DNA of 64,000 nucleotides from Gnetum montanum (taxonomy: Eukaryota > Plantae > Gnetophyta). The position numbers and the translations under genes were made by a program. The notes under the pieces are model-generated. The model was not told where the DNA came from, made no database searches, and was given only the letters and a program-made list of their open reading frames with translations. This document shows positions 34,362 through 49,400 of this stretch, one piece after another (positions within the stretch are counted from its first letter, which is position 1; every line of letters begins with the position of its first letter). The stretch is from contig MNCI01000491.1 of assembly GCA_015680685.1 (NCBI GenBank), positions 48,335 to 112,334 on the forward strand, in the 5' to 3' direction.

Positions 34362-35979
34362 GTCAACATTTGGAGGAGTCACTCGAGAGACGTCAACAAA
34401 GAATCTAAAACACCATAGCAGACATGGCACAAACATCACTTGTTGGTACCTAATTGAATAATGCTTCACTAGGCTCAAGAGTGCTAAATGTCATGGCATG
34501 CTATAGGTAATGGATGTAGGGAATTGGCTTGGGGATAGCAAGGAAGAAATGAGATGAAAATTATATATCATGCTGCAAGATGCAAAGTCAACATGACTGA
34601 CTATGATCACGACACCAGGGTGGCTTGTCACCAAATGATGACCTCTTGTCGGAATGCTTCTAAGAGAGCCTTCACCCATAGCACCGGGATGGCTTACCCC
34701 TAACATGTTGGCCTCTCATCGAAGTGCTTATGAGAAGGCCATTTGCAAATTCATGGTTGGACCGATTACAAAATTGCAGCTTTGCTAGATTTTTCTTAGG
34801 GATATGTTTTACCCTTTTACCTTTTTTCGAGTTTTATGCTTTTTTCTTTTTTCTTTGTGAAATTCTAGTTGTAGGATACTTATCATCGAGTGGACTACCT
34901 TCCACTTAATGAGCTTTACTTAGAGGTAACCGCATCATGTCTGTAGGATAGGTGTTTCCTCCACGAGATGAGTTGTGTTTCATTCGCTTGGGCTTTGACC
35001 AACCCATAGAAGCTCCCCATGGGATGACTTGCATTACGTCCATCATGGGTTCTATAGTCAACCGAAAGAAGGGTGTCACGTGCATCGAAGAAGCTTGCAA
35101 GAAAAGTAGGAAAATGTAAGGTAAATGGACAAATGTGAGTGGGCTATAGTGGGATAATAGGGATATGCACTCTCGAGTGGCTTGGTGAGTCCAACCAAGT
35201 GCATTGAAGCAATGTGGTGCCCTACCGCTGTGATGAACTGTGCCTTCGAATGACCACCTCTGAGGCTTTGTCTTCCAAACACAATGTAGAGGAAACAAGA
35301 AAATCACACAACCGAAGAAATACGAGCAAACTACTGGCTGCGAGGGTGCTTCAAGTGCCATGAGTGTTGGACCAGTTGCAAGAGTTTACAGTGCCAAAGT
35401 AGGAAGGCTAGTGTAGATGTCAAAGCTAGAAAGCTGCAAAAGCTCTAGTAGCCACATTCAAAGTAAGCACCTAATGGAGGCCAACGAGGTGGCCAAGGGC
35501 GATGGTAATGTAGGTGCTTGAGACTCCACACCAAGGATAAGAGGTTATAAATCCAGTAAGACGATGGTGAGCCATGCTACTAGATGCACTTCCAAGCCCA
35601 TGCAATGGTGAGGGATGGAGGATGGCAGTGTTGTGGCTAGGCCATAGTACTAGTGGAACTCTAGCAAGTGGTGCTAAGAGTGAGAGCCCTAACCACTGGT
35701 GAAACACCCAAGGTTAATGATGCTATTGGCACAACCTAGGGGTGGTACTACTGGCAATGGTGGCAGTAGCTCTGAAAGATTAGCAAAATTCCTAGGGGCA
35801 TTTTTAGAGGATTAGCAAAATTCCAAGGGTGGTGATGCTACAAGTGTTCCAAAGGCTTTTTCTTGACAACATGAAATCCATTCGGGAACTATAATGCCTA
35901 GCCCATCGAGATGTGGGTAGATGACAAAGGATGGGAAGTATTTAGGCTCACTTGTCCACGAAACTATGTACGCTGAGCT

Positions 35980-36445
35980 ATGCATGCTAAACTATGAACC
36001 TAGTTTAAGATCGTGGAAAACCACATGTTGTGCTAGTTTAAGGTCTTAGTAGATTGTGAACCAAGTTTAAGGTCCTGGCAAATAGTGATGTGCTAGTTTA
36101 TAGTCCTAGCAAACTGCTATGTGCTAGTTTAACATCGTAGCAGACTATGAACGTTGTGCCAATTTATCATCATGATGCAAAGATGATCAATGCCAGTTTA
36201 AAGTGAAAGCAGACTATGTTGTGGATGCCAGTTTAGTGTCATAGCCCAAGGACAAGCTATGCCAATTTAAATTCATAGCAAACTTGTTGTGCCAGTTTAA
36301 CATCATAGAAGACAGGTGTGCTATGGGTGTTAGTTCAATGTCATAGCCTAAGGACACTCTGTGCGAATTTAATGTCGTAGCAGACATGCTATGTTAGTTT
36401 AAAGTCATAGCAAACTATGTTGTGGCAATTTATAGTTGTAGCAAA
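35980..36445 (-). repeat. Degenerate tandem repeat (TAAACT(A/G)GC core) in the E3 3' UTR
   Basis: Repeated plus-strand gctagtttaa/gccagtttaa...cat(a/c)gcag units; same position as the E1 repeat. Confidence 0.8.
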
Positions 36446-36486
36446 CTCTCGCTTACCTTGCTTTGTCATTGATGTGGAGTTGCATG

Positions 36487-39400
36487 TTAGGTGTAGTATA
36501 GCTTCAGTTATGAATGATTAATCGAATTGGCGAACTCATTGCTATCTAGATTAGTAAGCTTGAATGCTCCATTGTTATAGGTCTTGGTAACCAAGAAAGG
36601 CCCTTCCTAATTGGCTAAGAATTTATCCACGAGTTCGCGAATGGCCTTAAGGACTAGGTCCCCTTCCTTGATCTAATGCTACTATTGCTTATGGCAGTGC
36701 TTTTGTTGTTGCTTCTATTGGTACCATTCAATGCGATTAAGCGTCTACATGCACTCCTGCTCTATAGAGTCGAGGTCAATGGCTCTCAACTCATTGTTTT
36801 GGACCTCATCAATGAAGCTCAAGAGGATTACATGAAGTGATGGGACCTACAATTCAAGAGGTAAAATTGCTTCAAACCCATATACAAGGCTATATGGCAT
36901 CTTACCTATTGCTATTTTGTGTGTTGTGTGGTAAAGCCATAGTGTGTAGACCTACTGCTCGTGTCATTGTCGTTTTCTGCTACTAAGCATCTTCTTCATA
37001 AGGTTGATAATGACCTTGCTTATGGCCTCTGCCTAGTCATTCACCTATAGATAATATGACAATGAGAAGGAATGCTTGATGCTAAGGTATTCACATAAGG
37101 CTTTGGTTATTGCACTGCTAAACTATGGCTCGTTGTCTATGACTATGGTCATGGGTAAACCAAATTAGGTCACTATGTTGTCAAGGATGAACTTGCAAAC
37201 CTGCTGTGATGTGATCCTCCTAAGAGGAATGGCTTCAACCCATTTGGTAAAATATTCAATTATGGTTATGATGAAGCTATGTCCTATAAAGGACTTAGGT
37301 GTGCTGGGCCATATGATATCCAACTCCCAACATTGCAACGACCATGTGATCTACATGGTGTGTAATTTGGTGAGTGGCACGTGCATTAAGTTGTCATGCC
37401 ATTGGCACACATCGCACATCCTAATCCTGGAAACACAATCATGCTCCATGTAAGGCCAATAGTAGCCTAGGTGTCTAATTTTTTATGTCATTACCCTGGG
37501 TGCTATGTGGCCTCCGCACAATCCCTGGTGGACTTGATCAATGATGATTTGCACTTCACTATCGCTAACACAAGTTAATAGTATGCCACCATAGGATCTA
37601 CGACATAGTGTGATATCACCTATGAGGATGTACTATCATAACCATTTTTGCACATCATCCCTTTGGGTAATGGTCAAATGCTACAGAGGCTTACCCTATT
37701 GAAGGTATGACTTGATGTTATCATACCACTCTTGTGCATGAGCTGTGCTTGTTGTGGCTATGAATGCAATGTTAGTTATGTGTATGATAGTTTTGGTGCA
37801 ATTCATTACTGAGATGGATAAAGCATGAAACATGTTGGGTGTAATTCTTAAGGCTAATGTGGCTAATGCATTAGCAATGGCATTCTCATTGTAGGGAATA
37901 TGTTGGATATCTATGGTTGCAAACCATCAAAGCAAGTGCTGTGCCAAGTCATAATAAGATTATAAGTGTTATGCTTTGCAAGCGTAAACCTCCATGACTT
38001 GGTTGATGACCAACTACAAATTGCCTCGGATTACTAGGTTTTGGATTCCTAGGTCATGGGCTACTATAAGACCTCTAAGGAGACCTTCATACTCCACTAT
38101 GTTGTTAGTGCATGAAAATGTAAAATGACAAGCAAAGGATCAGATCTCCCCCAAAAGGAAATGTGATTATTGTAGTAACACTACCTCCTTGAGACATTGA
38201 AGTGTCATCAAAGTGTAAAATTACCTCAAAGTTGGCATGAACTTGGCTTATACTACTAACATGCTCATCTACAAATTCTAGATCTATAGTTTCTTGATCA
38301 TTTATTGGTGAAGCCATGAGTTGTGTGACTATTTCTTAACCTTTGGTTGATGCTTGCACTATGTAGTGTAGGTCAAACTCCACGATTATTACTTTTCACC
38401 ATGCAATTTGATTACTTTCATAGATGTTCATTGTGATTACCTGAAGTACCTTGCTTTTGTAGATGATGTTTACCCAGCCGCAGAAGAGATAATACCTCCA
38501 CTTCTTAAGTGCAAAGACTAAGGTGAGGCAGTTCTTTTCCACATCATTGTATTTTGCTTCATGGGTCACTAAGACATGGCTTAGGTAGTATACAGGGACC
38601 TCTGGACCATCGTCCCACGTTTAATAGAGTAGAGAAGTGATGGATGTATTAGAAGTTGCAAGGTAAATGTAAAACGATTTATCTCTTTGTGGAGGTAGAC
38701 TATTGGAAGCTGAGCCAGCTCCTGTTTGAGGTTGTAAATGCCTCTTGGCATTGAGCTGTCTACTCAAAGTGGACTCCCTTTTTAAGCAAATGTACATTGG
38801 CTAAAGCTTATTAGCCAACTATGCTATAAATTGATGAATGAATTGCAATATGCCCTATAACCCACATAGCTCCTTAAGGTTAGTTGGCAGTGCTAACTTG
38901 ATGATGGCCTTAACCTTATCAGGGTTTATGCGTATGCTTATTTCTAATATCACAAAACCTAGCATGTGACCCATCTTAATGCCAAAGACACACTTCTTAG
39001 CATTTAGCCTAAGGTCATGTCTAAGGCAATGTTTGAGTGTGTGTTCTAAGTCATTTTTGTGATCATGTGTTATTTTGGACTTAACTGCTATGTTGTCAAT
39101 GTAGTCATTACGCAAGTCTAACAATTCATCACTGAAGATGTACATCATGGCACGTTGGTAGGTTGCTCTTATGTTCTTTAGTCTAAAAGGCATCATTATA
39201 TAGCAAAACGTAACCCAAGGGGTCATGAAGGTGGTACTAAGCTGGTGCTCTAGGTTGATCCAGATCTAGTTGTAACTAGAGAACCCATCCATGAAGGACA
39301 ACAAGGCATGACTAGCCATGGTATCGACTAATTGATTGATGCTAGGAAATGGAAAATTATCTTTGATGGTCACCTTGTTCAGGTCCTTGAAGTCTATGAA

Positions 39401-39946
39401 AATGCATATTCTTCCATTTTTCTTAGGTACAACTACAATGTTGGAGATCCAATCCACATAGTCAATGGCTAGGATGAAACTAGCCTTGTAAAGCTTGGTG
39501 ATTTCATCGCAAACTACCAACACCACCTTAAGCCTAACCTTACAAGCTTTTTATTTAACTATTTTTATGTGAGAGTCAAGAATGATATTGTGCTACACTA
39601 CATAAGGATCTAGGCCTGGCATGTCCTCATAGGACCATGCAAATTCCTTGATTTTGTCACTAAGTGTCTTTGTGATGCTTTGGATGTGTTGAGGCTCTAA
39701 CAAGAAACTAAGTTTCAGTGTTTTCACCTAGCCACTAAGTGTTGCTACAGGAACTTCGACAAGGGGATCCTTAATGACATCACCTACCTCTAGATCGAGA
39801 GCCCTAACTAGATGGTTAGGCCAATCTAGCGATGCTTCTACAGATGTTACATAGTTATCACGAGCTATGGGCTCAATGCATTGGATGAGGTCATTGTGAG
39901 GTCTAGTGAGGACCAAGGGTGAACAAAGACACTCGTATGCACTCAT
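36487..39946 (-). pseudogene. pol: E3 pol: RT-RH-aRH-INT
   Basis: KDNFPFPSINQLVD, MDGFSSYN, MMPFRLKN, YIDN, ILHFDD, and an integrase tail collinear with E1; many stops. Confidence 0.9.
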
Positions 39947-40529
39947 GTTGTATTCCTATGACATATCCTACAAAACAACCAAAAAAAATGTCAAGCCACA
40001 CCTGTCTTAATAGAATCAAAATGCAAAACATGAGGAAAGAAATGCAATTAATATTTGCCTAAACATGCAAAAGTGAACGTTTGAAAAGCAAGCGTGTAAA
40101 CCAGTTTTGGGCCTCGATAGGCCACGATTGCTAGTTTAAGGTCTTAGCAAACTATGATTTGCCAGTTTAAGGTCTTAGTGGACCATGATTTATGCAAGGT
40201 GCATTAGTTCAAACCAGGAATATCTAAGAAATTTTCTAAGTCTAAGATTGTTAGAAGAAATTTAGAAATTTTTCTAACTCCGGCTGTTATGCTCACCCTT
40301 TGCTATGCTTGCCCCTTCTTGCTACGCTCCATAAGAAACTTAGGAAAATTTTCCTAAGTGTGGGAGTGTCAATGTGGTAGGTGGTGCATTTAATTACCTC
40401 AAGAGGGTATATATGCATGATTCACTGAGGGTAAACTATCATTTTCAAAGTGTGAACAAGAAGTTATAGAACGTAGTGTAATTTGAAATGACAACTAAAG
40501 CATAGTAAGTAAAGCATAGAGACCAAAGC

Positions 40530-43500
40530 ATAGCACCAAGATGATGCACCGAGTGACCATCAACACCTCGAACTTGCGAGTGTGGAAGATGAAAGGTGAG
40601 CCCTATAACGCCTACCATAAGTGTAGATGGAGAAGAGGAGAGCATTGTTGACTGCCAAGTACACTCACTACACTTGTCCCTTTTTATACCATTTTTCTTT
40701 GCATTTCAGCTTTTCTTTCTTGTGTTGGGGTTTGGATCATGGGGCTGCCTACCTTGGTAGGGACTACCATTGCCTTAGCTACCTTAGTAGCCACAACTAG
40801 GAGGAGAAGACGTGCATGTGGGTTGTGGGTCTCTATTGATATATTGTTTTATTGTGATTATCTTCATTGATTGTCTACAGCAAATGGAATTAGGGGCAAC
40901 GCATGGGTTATGATGAATTTTGTACATTTATTTCCAAGGAATGTAGCGCATGAGGTGAGGGAGAGGGAAAAAATAGGGGTTTTTTCTCAACAATGGATTA
41001 GGATTTCCCTCATTGGGGCCATGCCATGTGGAAGACACACAATGGGACAAAAATGGCCATGGCCAAGGCGTGTGTGGCTAGAGTTTCTTTATCCCTTTCT
41101 CTTCTTTATTTTGTTTTGTCTTTATGTTAGTGCATGGGTAAGGACGATTGGTAGATTGGAACAAGGGTTATGACTAACATGGCCATAGCCAGGAAACAAG
41201 GTTTTAGCACTATTTATTATTATATATATTTTTTATTTTTTTGATGTGAGGGCAATGCAAGGAGAGGACAAAGGAAGGGTTAGACATCATAGGGACACAT
41301 GAGGAGGAGGCCATAGAGACAAGGAAGGGGACGCTGAAGTGGTCACGGGGACGATAGCCACGGTGAGGGGGTAAATGGGGTAAGGGAGATTGCTTAGGCC
41401 ACGGCCATGGTGAGTACCCCAGCACATGTTATTGGCATGCAGTGATACTGGGTGGCACAGTGAATGAGATGTCATGATAAGAGCTTAGAGCCAACACTTT
41501 GTTTCCAAATGCAATGGGATGTTATGCTCCCGATAGTTAGAAATTGTTTGTTTATTAATTTTTCACTTGTTTTGAAGCTATGCCCCCCCTTAGAGAGCGT
41601 AGTTGGCAATAGAAAATTTTGGTGATTTTTTTACTACAATCCCTAGAGAGCATAGTAGATAGTTAGAATTTTTTTGGATATCAGGCTACACCGCCTAGAG
41701 TTAGAAAAAATTTTGAGAAAATTTGAAAAAGGTTACTAAGTGCAAAACTAGAATGCCAAATGCGCAAGATGCCAAGTGTAAAAATGCCAATGGTAAGAAT
41801 GCCTTATGCGAAACAAAATGCTAAATGCATGTAAGCTATGCTAAAATACTAATTTTGCAAGTTAGATGTACAAATGTTAGAACATGCAAACCATGTTGGT
41901 GAAAATGGTATGAATGTAAAGTAAAATGCTAATGTTACGTTATTACTGTACCCCAATGAGCACCAGGAACGTCAAATATGTATTAACGTCCTATGCTCGT
42001 GGGGCCCCATGGGGGATCCTAAGGATATATTTCTAAGTTATGCTATTTTAAGCTAAGTTTGCTAATTTTGCTAAGCATAAGGTAATATTTTATGCCAAAA
42101 TGCAATCTACTATGTGCTAATGCTACATTCATTTGTTGTTGTGCAATTGTAGGGTGTTACTGAAACCTGTCTTAGTGGTTGTGGAGCTCATTAGCATCAT
42201 GTCTTGCATCAGCCAGCACATACCCAACACACCTACACCCGACATGAAGTTGGGCCATCATATGGTGTGGTTTCGACCAAGAGCAAGAAAATTCCTAGCT
42301 TACCTACTACAACACTTTAGTGTGATCATGTGGTCACACTTGGCAGTGGAGGCTGCAAGCACCATCATCAAGACATTGTTGGTTAGGGAAAACTGGGACA
42401 TACTATGATTCATGTCTGATGAGCCTATGATTAGTGGTGATCAAGCATGTGGCCCAAGACTAGGCCCTAGGAGTGTTTATCCCTTAGTCGGGATCTAGAG
42501 CATGCTACAATTCTCATATTATAATAAGAGCAACACCCTTTTCATAATCATGTATGTGCATAAAGTCTTCCAAGACCCACCTGGGACTGTATATTATGCT
42601 GGAGGGTATGTGCTATTTCTTTTCTCTATATCTCATTCTCATTAGCCATGCTAGATTTGCTAACTATTGACTGCAGATGTCCAATGCTAGAATTAAAGTT
42701 GATGATGAAGGACTCCATGACTAGATAGGGGCCCTTGCTTTAACCTGTACCATGCTAGAGGCATTTTCCTCTAGTCCGAGCTTTCAGGAGGTAGTTATTG
42801 AATAGGTGGGAGAGGACTTAGAGAACTACCCCACCTAGTACCTGAAGGCATTCGAGCGATGGTAGACCTACAATTGACTTGATGAGGGATGGGCTAGCAA
42901 TAAGCCTATCGTTGGAGAGCTTATTATGCTACCACATGCATCACACATGCCATTTGTTCCATGTGAGTATTCGTTATGTTGGCTTGGCTCTTATTGCTCT
43001 CATGCACGTATTGATTGCACAGTGCTAACGTTGCATCTACCTATATTATAGCTATCATTACTTCAGGAGAAGTAACAGTGGTCACCACTGGTTGTAATGA
43101 GGTCACCCTCATCATGAAGTATGACAATGTGGAGGGGGCATAGGAGTGGCTATGAGATCAAGCCTCAAAGGCTCTGACTGGTCATCTTGCATGTGCTGGG
43201 TTGATGGACCATTTCTTGGCCCTTAGCCCAAGCACACTAGTGGCCAAGATGGTGACCATCGTTGACTCCTTTAGCCATGATGCCTACTACTTTATTGCTT
43301 GTGTGCATGGAATGAAGGTAGTCTTGAACCTCAATGATCCCTTCTTTGTTGACTTCTTTAGTCTTTCCTCTGTGAGCTCATCGATCATTGATAAGCCCAA
43401 TTTATAGGTGGATCAGAGAGAGGAGATTAAGGAGTGGCTAGGGACCACCCACTCTCAAAAAGGCATCATGGTTTGGAATGTGCATGTGCTTGAGGTTCAA

Positions 43501-45777
43501 AGGCTTTACCCCCTTTTCTGTGCCCACACCTTTCCTAAGTTACTCTCCCAAGGAAAGGTTCTTGGAGTGGAGAAGGCATGAGTGATGTGGGAAATTATAG
43601 AGAAGGGCACCAAGTTTAATTGGGCCTCTTCTATCACTACCAAGTTACAAGTAGAGATTATTAGGATTCGCCATAATGTCCATGCAAGATCTCATTTTCA
43701 CTTTTCATTCTTTGCAACCCATCTGCAAAGGCTTACATAGTTCTTGGTGATCAGGGACAATGGGCATTAGGTCATGTAGGATCGTGCGTAGTTGTCCAAG
43801 CCATGGATTAAGCATTTGTTTGCCACCACTCATGCACAGGATCCCCTAGAGGGGATTGAAAAGTCATACTCAGTTATAATGAAGGCACATCTAGGGAGGT
43901 CATAGTTACCATATTCCCATGATAGCATAGGCAAGTGTCCACCAACGGTTATTGGGGATGAAAAAAAGGTGGAGTGGTATATTGTGGAGATAGTGGGGTC
44001 CTCCAAGGTAAAAATCAAGAGGCTACACTTGACAGAGGAGACTCCCCTTACAGTTGGGCAAGCAGGTGTTAAGAAAGTCCACCTTAAGATACCCACACTC
44101 CATTTGGTGGTTGTAGGTTAGTTCACATCATATATGAATTTGGCTTATATTATTATTATTATTTGTTTTTGGTTTATTATGCTATGCTAGTACTACTACA
44201 CTATGTGGGTCAGGCAAGAGGGTTGCTAAAGAAGTAGTAGCAGCCATAGCGGGAGCAATGGACATGACCCCTCCTCAAGTTTAAGAGGAGGTAGCTCATA
44301 GGGGGGAGCCACCAAAGGCCCCAAAGATCTCCCATCAATTTGATGTGGAGGGGTTGTTCCACCCCAAGGATGACTTCACCAACCTCTTCAATGATGTGTA
44401 GCTAGGAGACCCATCCACACTGACATCTGAGGGCTTGCTTGGTAAGCACTTTGTGTTACCATTTACTTTTTCCTTTTGCTCTTAGGCCTTTAAATACTCA
44501 ATTATTACTAAGTTTTGCGTTGTTTTTATATTGCAGTCTTAGACCTTCCTGCAAGTGATCCACCACTAGTGCCTACCCATCACATGAAACCATGGGCAAA
44601 GACACTAGATAAATTCACCTTCATGGAAGGCATTGTAAAGGACATGGTGGACCACATACAGGAGGCAGATCCTAAACTCTATATGCTTGTTATTTTGCAT
44701 GAACTATTTTACCGATTCTATCACTTAGCCTATTGCTAATATTGGCTTGTTCATTGTATGTTAACAAGCTCTAAGCTTCACTAGGATCCAAATTGGGAAG
44801 CTCACATAGATGTCATTCTTGAGTATCCCCTTGAGGTGGAGCAAGTGTTGTCATATGTATAAAGTAGTGAGCAACTGCATACTTTCTAGTGTGAAGGCGT
44901 TGTGGACCTGTAGGTGCTCAAATGAGCACCTATGGAAACATGTGCATGACTCCAGGAGGTAGTGGGGAGCCTGACAACAAAGAACAAGAACCTCTAGTCC
45001 CATTATGATTTCTTATCAACTCGAGCATAGAAAGATGATACTTGGTGGACATCATAAATAGATTACGACAGGTACTGGTCAACACTCCGAGGTAAGAATG
45101 AGGCTACCTAAGAGATCATTGAGTAGAGGCTATAAAGGGATCTACTCTCCTAAAAGAATGAGGAGTGGAAGAGCTTTAGTGCCAAGGTGTGCAAATGGGG
45201 TCATATGCAAAAGGATCATAAGTGCCACTACAAGTAAGAGTATGATGCCTACTTACAGCAGCTTAAGGACAAGTTTATGAAGGCTCATCGCCTTGAGATG
45301 TTCATTGAGATAATTGGTAGGAGTTGAGCCTTTGAGCTATTTGCCCAGCATACAATGGTTAGCAATTCTCTAGAGTGAGAGATTACCTTATCATCAAGGG
45401 AGACTTCTATGGCCACCTTTTTTAAGAAACCTACTGCATGGACTGCTATGAACAAGGATAAGATCCTTGTAGATGTTGACTTCAACCACAATGACTGGAC
45501 ATGGTTATCAGAGGTCAAGATCCTCTAATACTTGGAGGAGGGCCTTGATAGATTACCTCCAGAGTTTGATGCAGGACCCTCTCAAGTTAGTTTTTCTTTT
45601 TTTTTATGATTTTTTATGTGTCAACTTTTCTCATTGATTTTATATTATAGTTTTGCACTTGCTAATTAATTGGTTATTTTGCATTGTTTTGAGACAAGCA
45701 CTAGGCAATAGTGCAACCCCAGCAGAGCAATAGAGGAGGAGGAAGAACTTCAACCCCTGCCAGACATCACCAACTAA
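40530..45777 (+). pseudogene. E3 copy of the antisense multi-exon accessory gene (exon 1 boundary uncertain)
   Basis: Exon 2 at 42153-42605 (LVVVELISIM..VWFRPRARKFLAYLLQHFSVIMWS..NTLFI..FQDPPGTVY). Later exons are homologous to E1/E2 with GT-AG sites at equivalent positions. Confidence 0.7.
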
Positions 45778-45949
45778 GCCAACCTAATGTAGCCTTGCTG
45801 TTGGGAAATTTTGCACTTTGACCATTTTTATTGCATGGTCATGCTATGTACTCTTTTTGATAAAGATATAATAAAATTTATGCCCTTTTGTAGTGAGGAT
45901 TATGTGTGAATTTTCATGTTTACATTACTACCTGTTTAATGTGGGTAAT

Positions 45950-46310
45950 GCAACTAGTTGGTGTAGTTAGGCCCCTTGTGGACCTCATGCTAGTTTAAGG
46001 CCATGGTGGCAGGCCATTGCTAGTTTCAGGCCATTTCAGGCCATGGAAATTGCTAGTTTAAGGTCATATTGGGTCACGAATAAAAGGAAGCAGTAGCTAG
46101 GTTTAGGCTACGGTAGGCTGTGAGGTGCCAGTTTTAGACCATGATGAGCCATATGCTAGTTTAAGGCCTTTTCGGGTCGTGGCGATGCGAGATAGGTTGC
46201 GAATTTTAGGCTATGATGGGCCATGAAATTGTTTAGGGCCTTTGCAAGGCTATGGGCTAGTTTAAGCTCTTTTTGAGCCACGCGTTAGATTAAGGCCTTT
46301 TTGGGCCAAG
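45950..46310 (-). repeat. GCTAGTTTAAGGCC-type degenerate repeats just downstream of E3 gag-protease
   Basis: Repeated gctagtttaagg(c/t)c units, same core as the 3' UTR repeat. Confidence 0.7.
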
Positions 46311-46499
46311 TGCCCCCTTTTTTTGCAATTTTAGTTTTATAATTTTTATGTGTTTTTTAATGTCTTATTAATGCATAAAAGACTAAATGAAAATCCATAA
46401 GCAAAAGAGGTGAATGCACAACAAGGAAAATAATGCAAAATGCAAGCAACCATGTGAAGCGTACCTATGCAAGCAAAGGCTAATGAGGCATGAAAAACA

Positions 46500-49400
46500 T
46501 TTAGGGCAAGTAAGCACTTAACACATGCTGCACTAAGGGAGTACCTTAGCCATGTAGTTACTTCCTAACCTAATGTGGGTTAGGGGGTGCATAAGGCCTA
46601 GGCAGCATGAGAAGATATTCACCTACACCTTCATCATTGATGCTAAAGGGAAATTCTACCCAAAAGCTTCCTCAAAGAGGGTATTAGCCTCCTTTGGCTC
46701 TTCAGATGGGTCTACCGAACAAGCTTGACTCTTATCCTCAATGGGCAACATGTCATTGGGGAACTCTACGTTCAACCCTTGGTCTGCATCAAGGTTTTTG
46801 ATGGTTGGAGGAACCAAGTTGTCACCATGTATGATCACCTCTCCACCTTCATATGGAAGGTGGACCTCTTGATGAATGGGTGAGGAGATGGCTTTTAATT
46901 GGGCTAGCCAGGACCTTTCCAAAATTAGGTTGAACCCAGGCATCTCCTTAATGATAATGAATTCAGCTATAGTCAGGAATCACTCCCTTGCCACAAAGGC
47001 TATTATGACCATTTCCTTCACAATGACGCATGACCTATTAAAGGACTTGAGGTATGTTGTCTTTGTGGTCTGGATTTGGTCGACCAGACTAAGTTTGTCA
47101 ATGACTAGAAATGGGATGACGTTAGTCACCACCCTATCATCGACATGCATCCTACGAATCTTGCATTGCCCTATGTGGATGGTTATAAACATTAGTGTAA
47201 TGGCGACTTGACCCTTTTCAAGGTCTACCTTGATTACCTCATCACAAAATGCTAGAGGCGTTGGACCTAATTCCTGAGGTGAACAAGAAAGCATTACAGT
47301 GTGGATGGCTTGTTCATCTGCTAGGATGTCCTTCTTAATAGGAATGGAGGCCAACATGTGAACTAATGCTTCATGATGAGTGGAGAAGGTCATCACCAAG
47401 TCATATAGGCTCAAATTTGTATTTTTTTTGTTTAAGAGCTTACTTAACTTGCTCCAACACATCTAGAAAGTCCTTACCACTGTCAATGGCCTTGTTAGCC
47501 TTCATCTCCTCCATGCGATCCAAAAGGTGAATCTCTTAGGGAGGAGATTTGAACTTGTTTTGTTATGCCTACCTGTGAGCCTTAATGCTTGGTTGTTGAT
47601 AGCTTGTGGTAGTGGCTTCGGCTATTGTAGCCATAGGAATAGAAAACAAGAGGATATGCTTAGGTAGACCTAACGACATGCATTCCCTCATCATTCGGTG
47701 AATGAGGTGCTCATTTGGCCTTCTAGGCTACCACCTTGACTACCTAGTGTTGTATGCAAGATAAGGCCTCGAGTGAGCAAGGCTTGTTGCAGTGCCCACC
47801 ACCAGACCTTGCAAAGGGTCCACATGTTGTGACACCCTAATGACAAAGGATGTCTCGGTTATAGTCACCACAATGTACTAGAAGGCCCTAACCACAAAGG
47901 GTGTCATGGGTGCCTAAGGTGGTGCTTTAATAACAAAAGGGATCCTTGGACTAGTTGATGTCAAAGAGACCCCAATGTTGTGAAAGGGCACATGAACCAT
48001 AAATGGTTCTCGTGCCAATCCTACGTCGTCATCAATGTTGATGGCATTGATGACATAGGCTGCACCACTTGCGTTGAAAGGGTCTTTGTAGACCTTCATT
48101 GATTGATTTTTCAATCAAACTTGGTTAATTGAATCAAGAACCAATTGGCCCTAGTCAATCATGCATTGTATGTTATTCTGAAGGTCATGCAGAAGTCTAT
48201 GTCATGGCTAGGTAATTGATGATAATGGAAAAATTAATCCAACCTAAATTTTTTTGGGACAAGAGGCTCATCTAGTGCAGTTGCTAATGGGTTTTTGATG
48301 AGGTTGCAGTAGTGATCATGATGCTTGCAAGCTTCTTTAGACATTTGCTTGTACTAGATGTTCCCAACACTAAACAACTGATCCAACAATTCCAATGGTT
48401 TAATGGCCAATGGTGTATACTTCAAGCAATCCTTGCACTCAAAGTTTGACCTTGGGGTAGCTTGCTTCATGGTCATTGATAATGTAGGTTGGTTGGTTAC
48501 CGTAGTGCCAGAGTCAATTTCCTTATTGTTGGTTGAGGCCTTAGTTGCCTTACCTGTTGGTTTGGCATTACTCAGCTTGGCCTCATTGGCCACCGCTACA
48601 ATGGTTGTTGTTACTTTTCCCTTCTCCTTGTCTTTCTTTACATATGCATTCTTGTAGGTCACATAGGATAAATCCTTACTAGGTTCCACCACATCCTAAA
48701 TGCTCTTCATTTGAGTGAATGCTTGGCTCATGAAATGCAGGGTAAGATAGTACAGTTTCAACTTAATGAAGTTGTTCACTACACCTTTGAAAATGGCTAG
48801 TAGGTGAGTTTCCATGATAGGCTCATGGATTTTGTTAAGTGTAGCTCTTCATCATTGGATGAACTTTTGAATGGGCTCTATGTGGCCCTACTTGATCTAC
48901 ATGGGTTGGTCTAGGGTCACCTCAGGCTTCAAGTTGTACTTGAAATAAGTGACAAATTAGCTAAGCAAATCCTCTAATGAATATATGGAGTCCCTGGGGA
49001 GCATGCGATACCAATCTAGTGCCTTGTCGATTAGGGACATGGCAAACATGTGAATGATCACATGTGGTCATGCTTGCAACAAAAGGCATTTAGACTAAAA
49101 GGCCACTAGATGGGCATGGGGATCCCCTTCACCATTATATTTGGTGAACTGGGGAAGTTGAATGCCAAGAGGCAAGGTTAGTGATGGGACAACAGGACTA
49201 ATGGGGTCATCCTAGTAGAAGTCCATCACTTGGACAATATCAAAAGAGGTGGCCTTCAGCCATTTAATCTCTTCAGTGAGTGTTTGAATGAGCTAGAATG
49301 CTTGATCCAGGCTCAGTGTGGGTGTGGCCAACTACATTGGTTTTGTAGCCTGTTGTGCTATTAGCATGGTCCATGGCCCCACCGTAGGCTATGCAATCAT

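Noticed and set aside
35330-35860. Possible second antisense ORF in the E3 3' UTR (Gly/Ser-rich look)
   Set aside because: It has many stops and no counterpart recognisable in the E1 3' UTR, so it cannot be supported.
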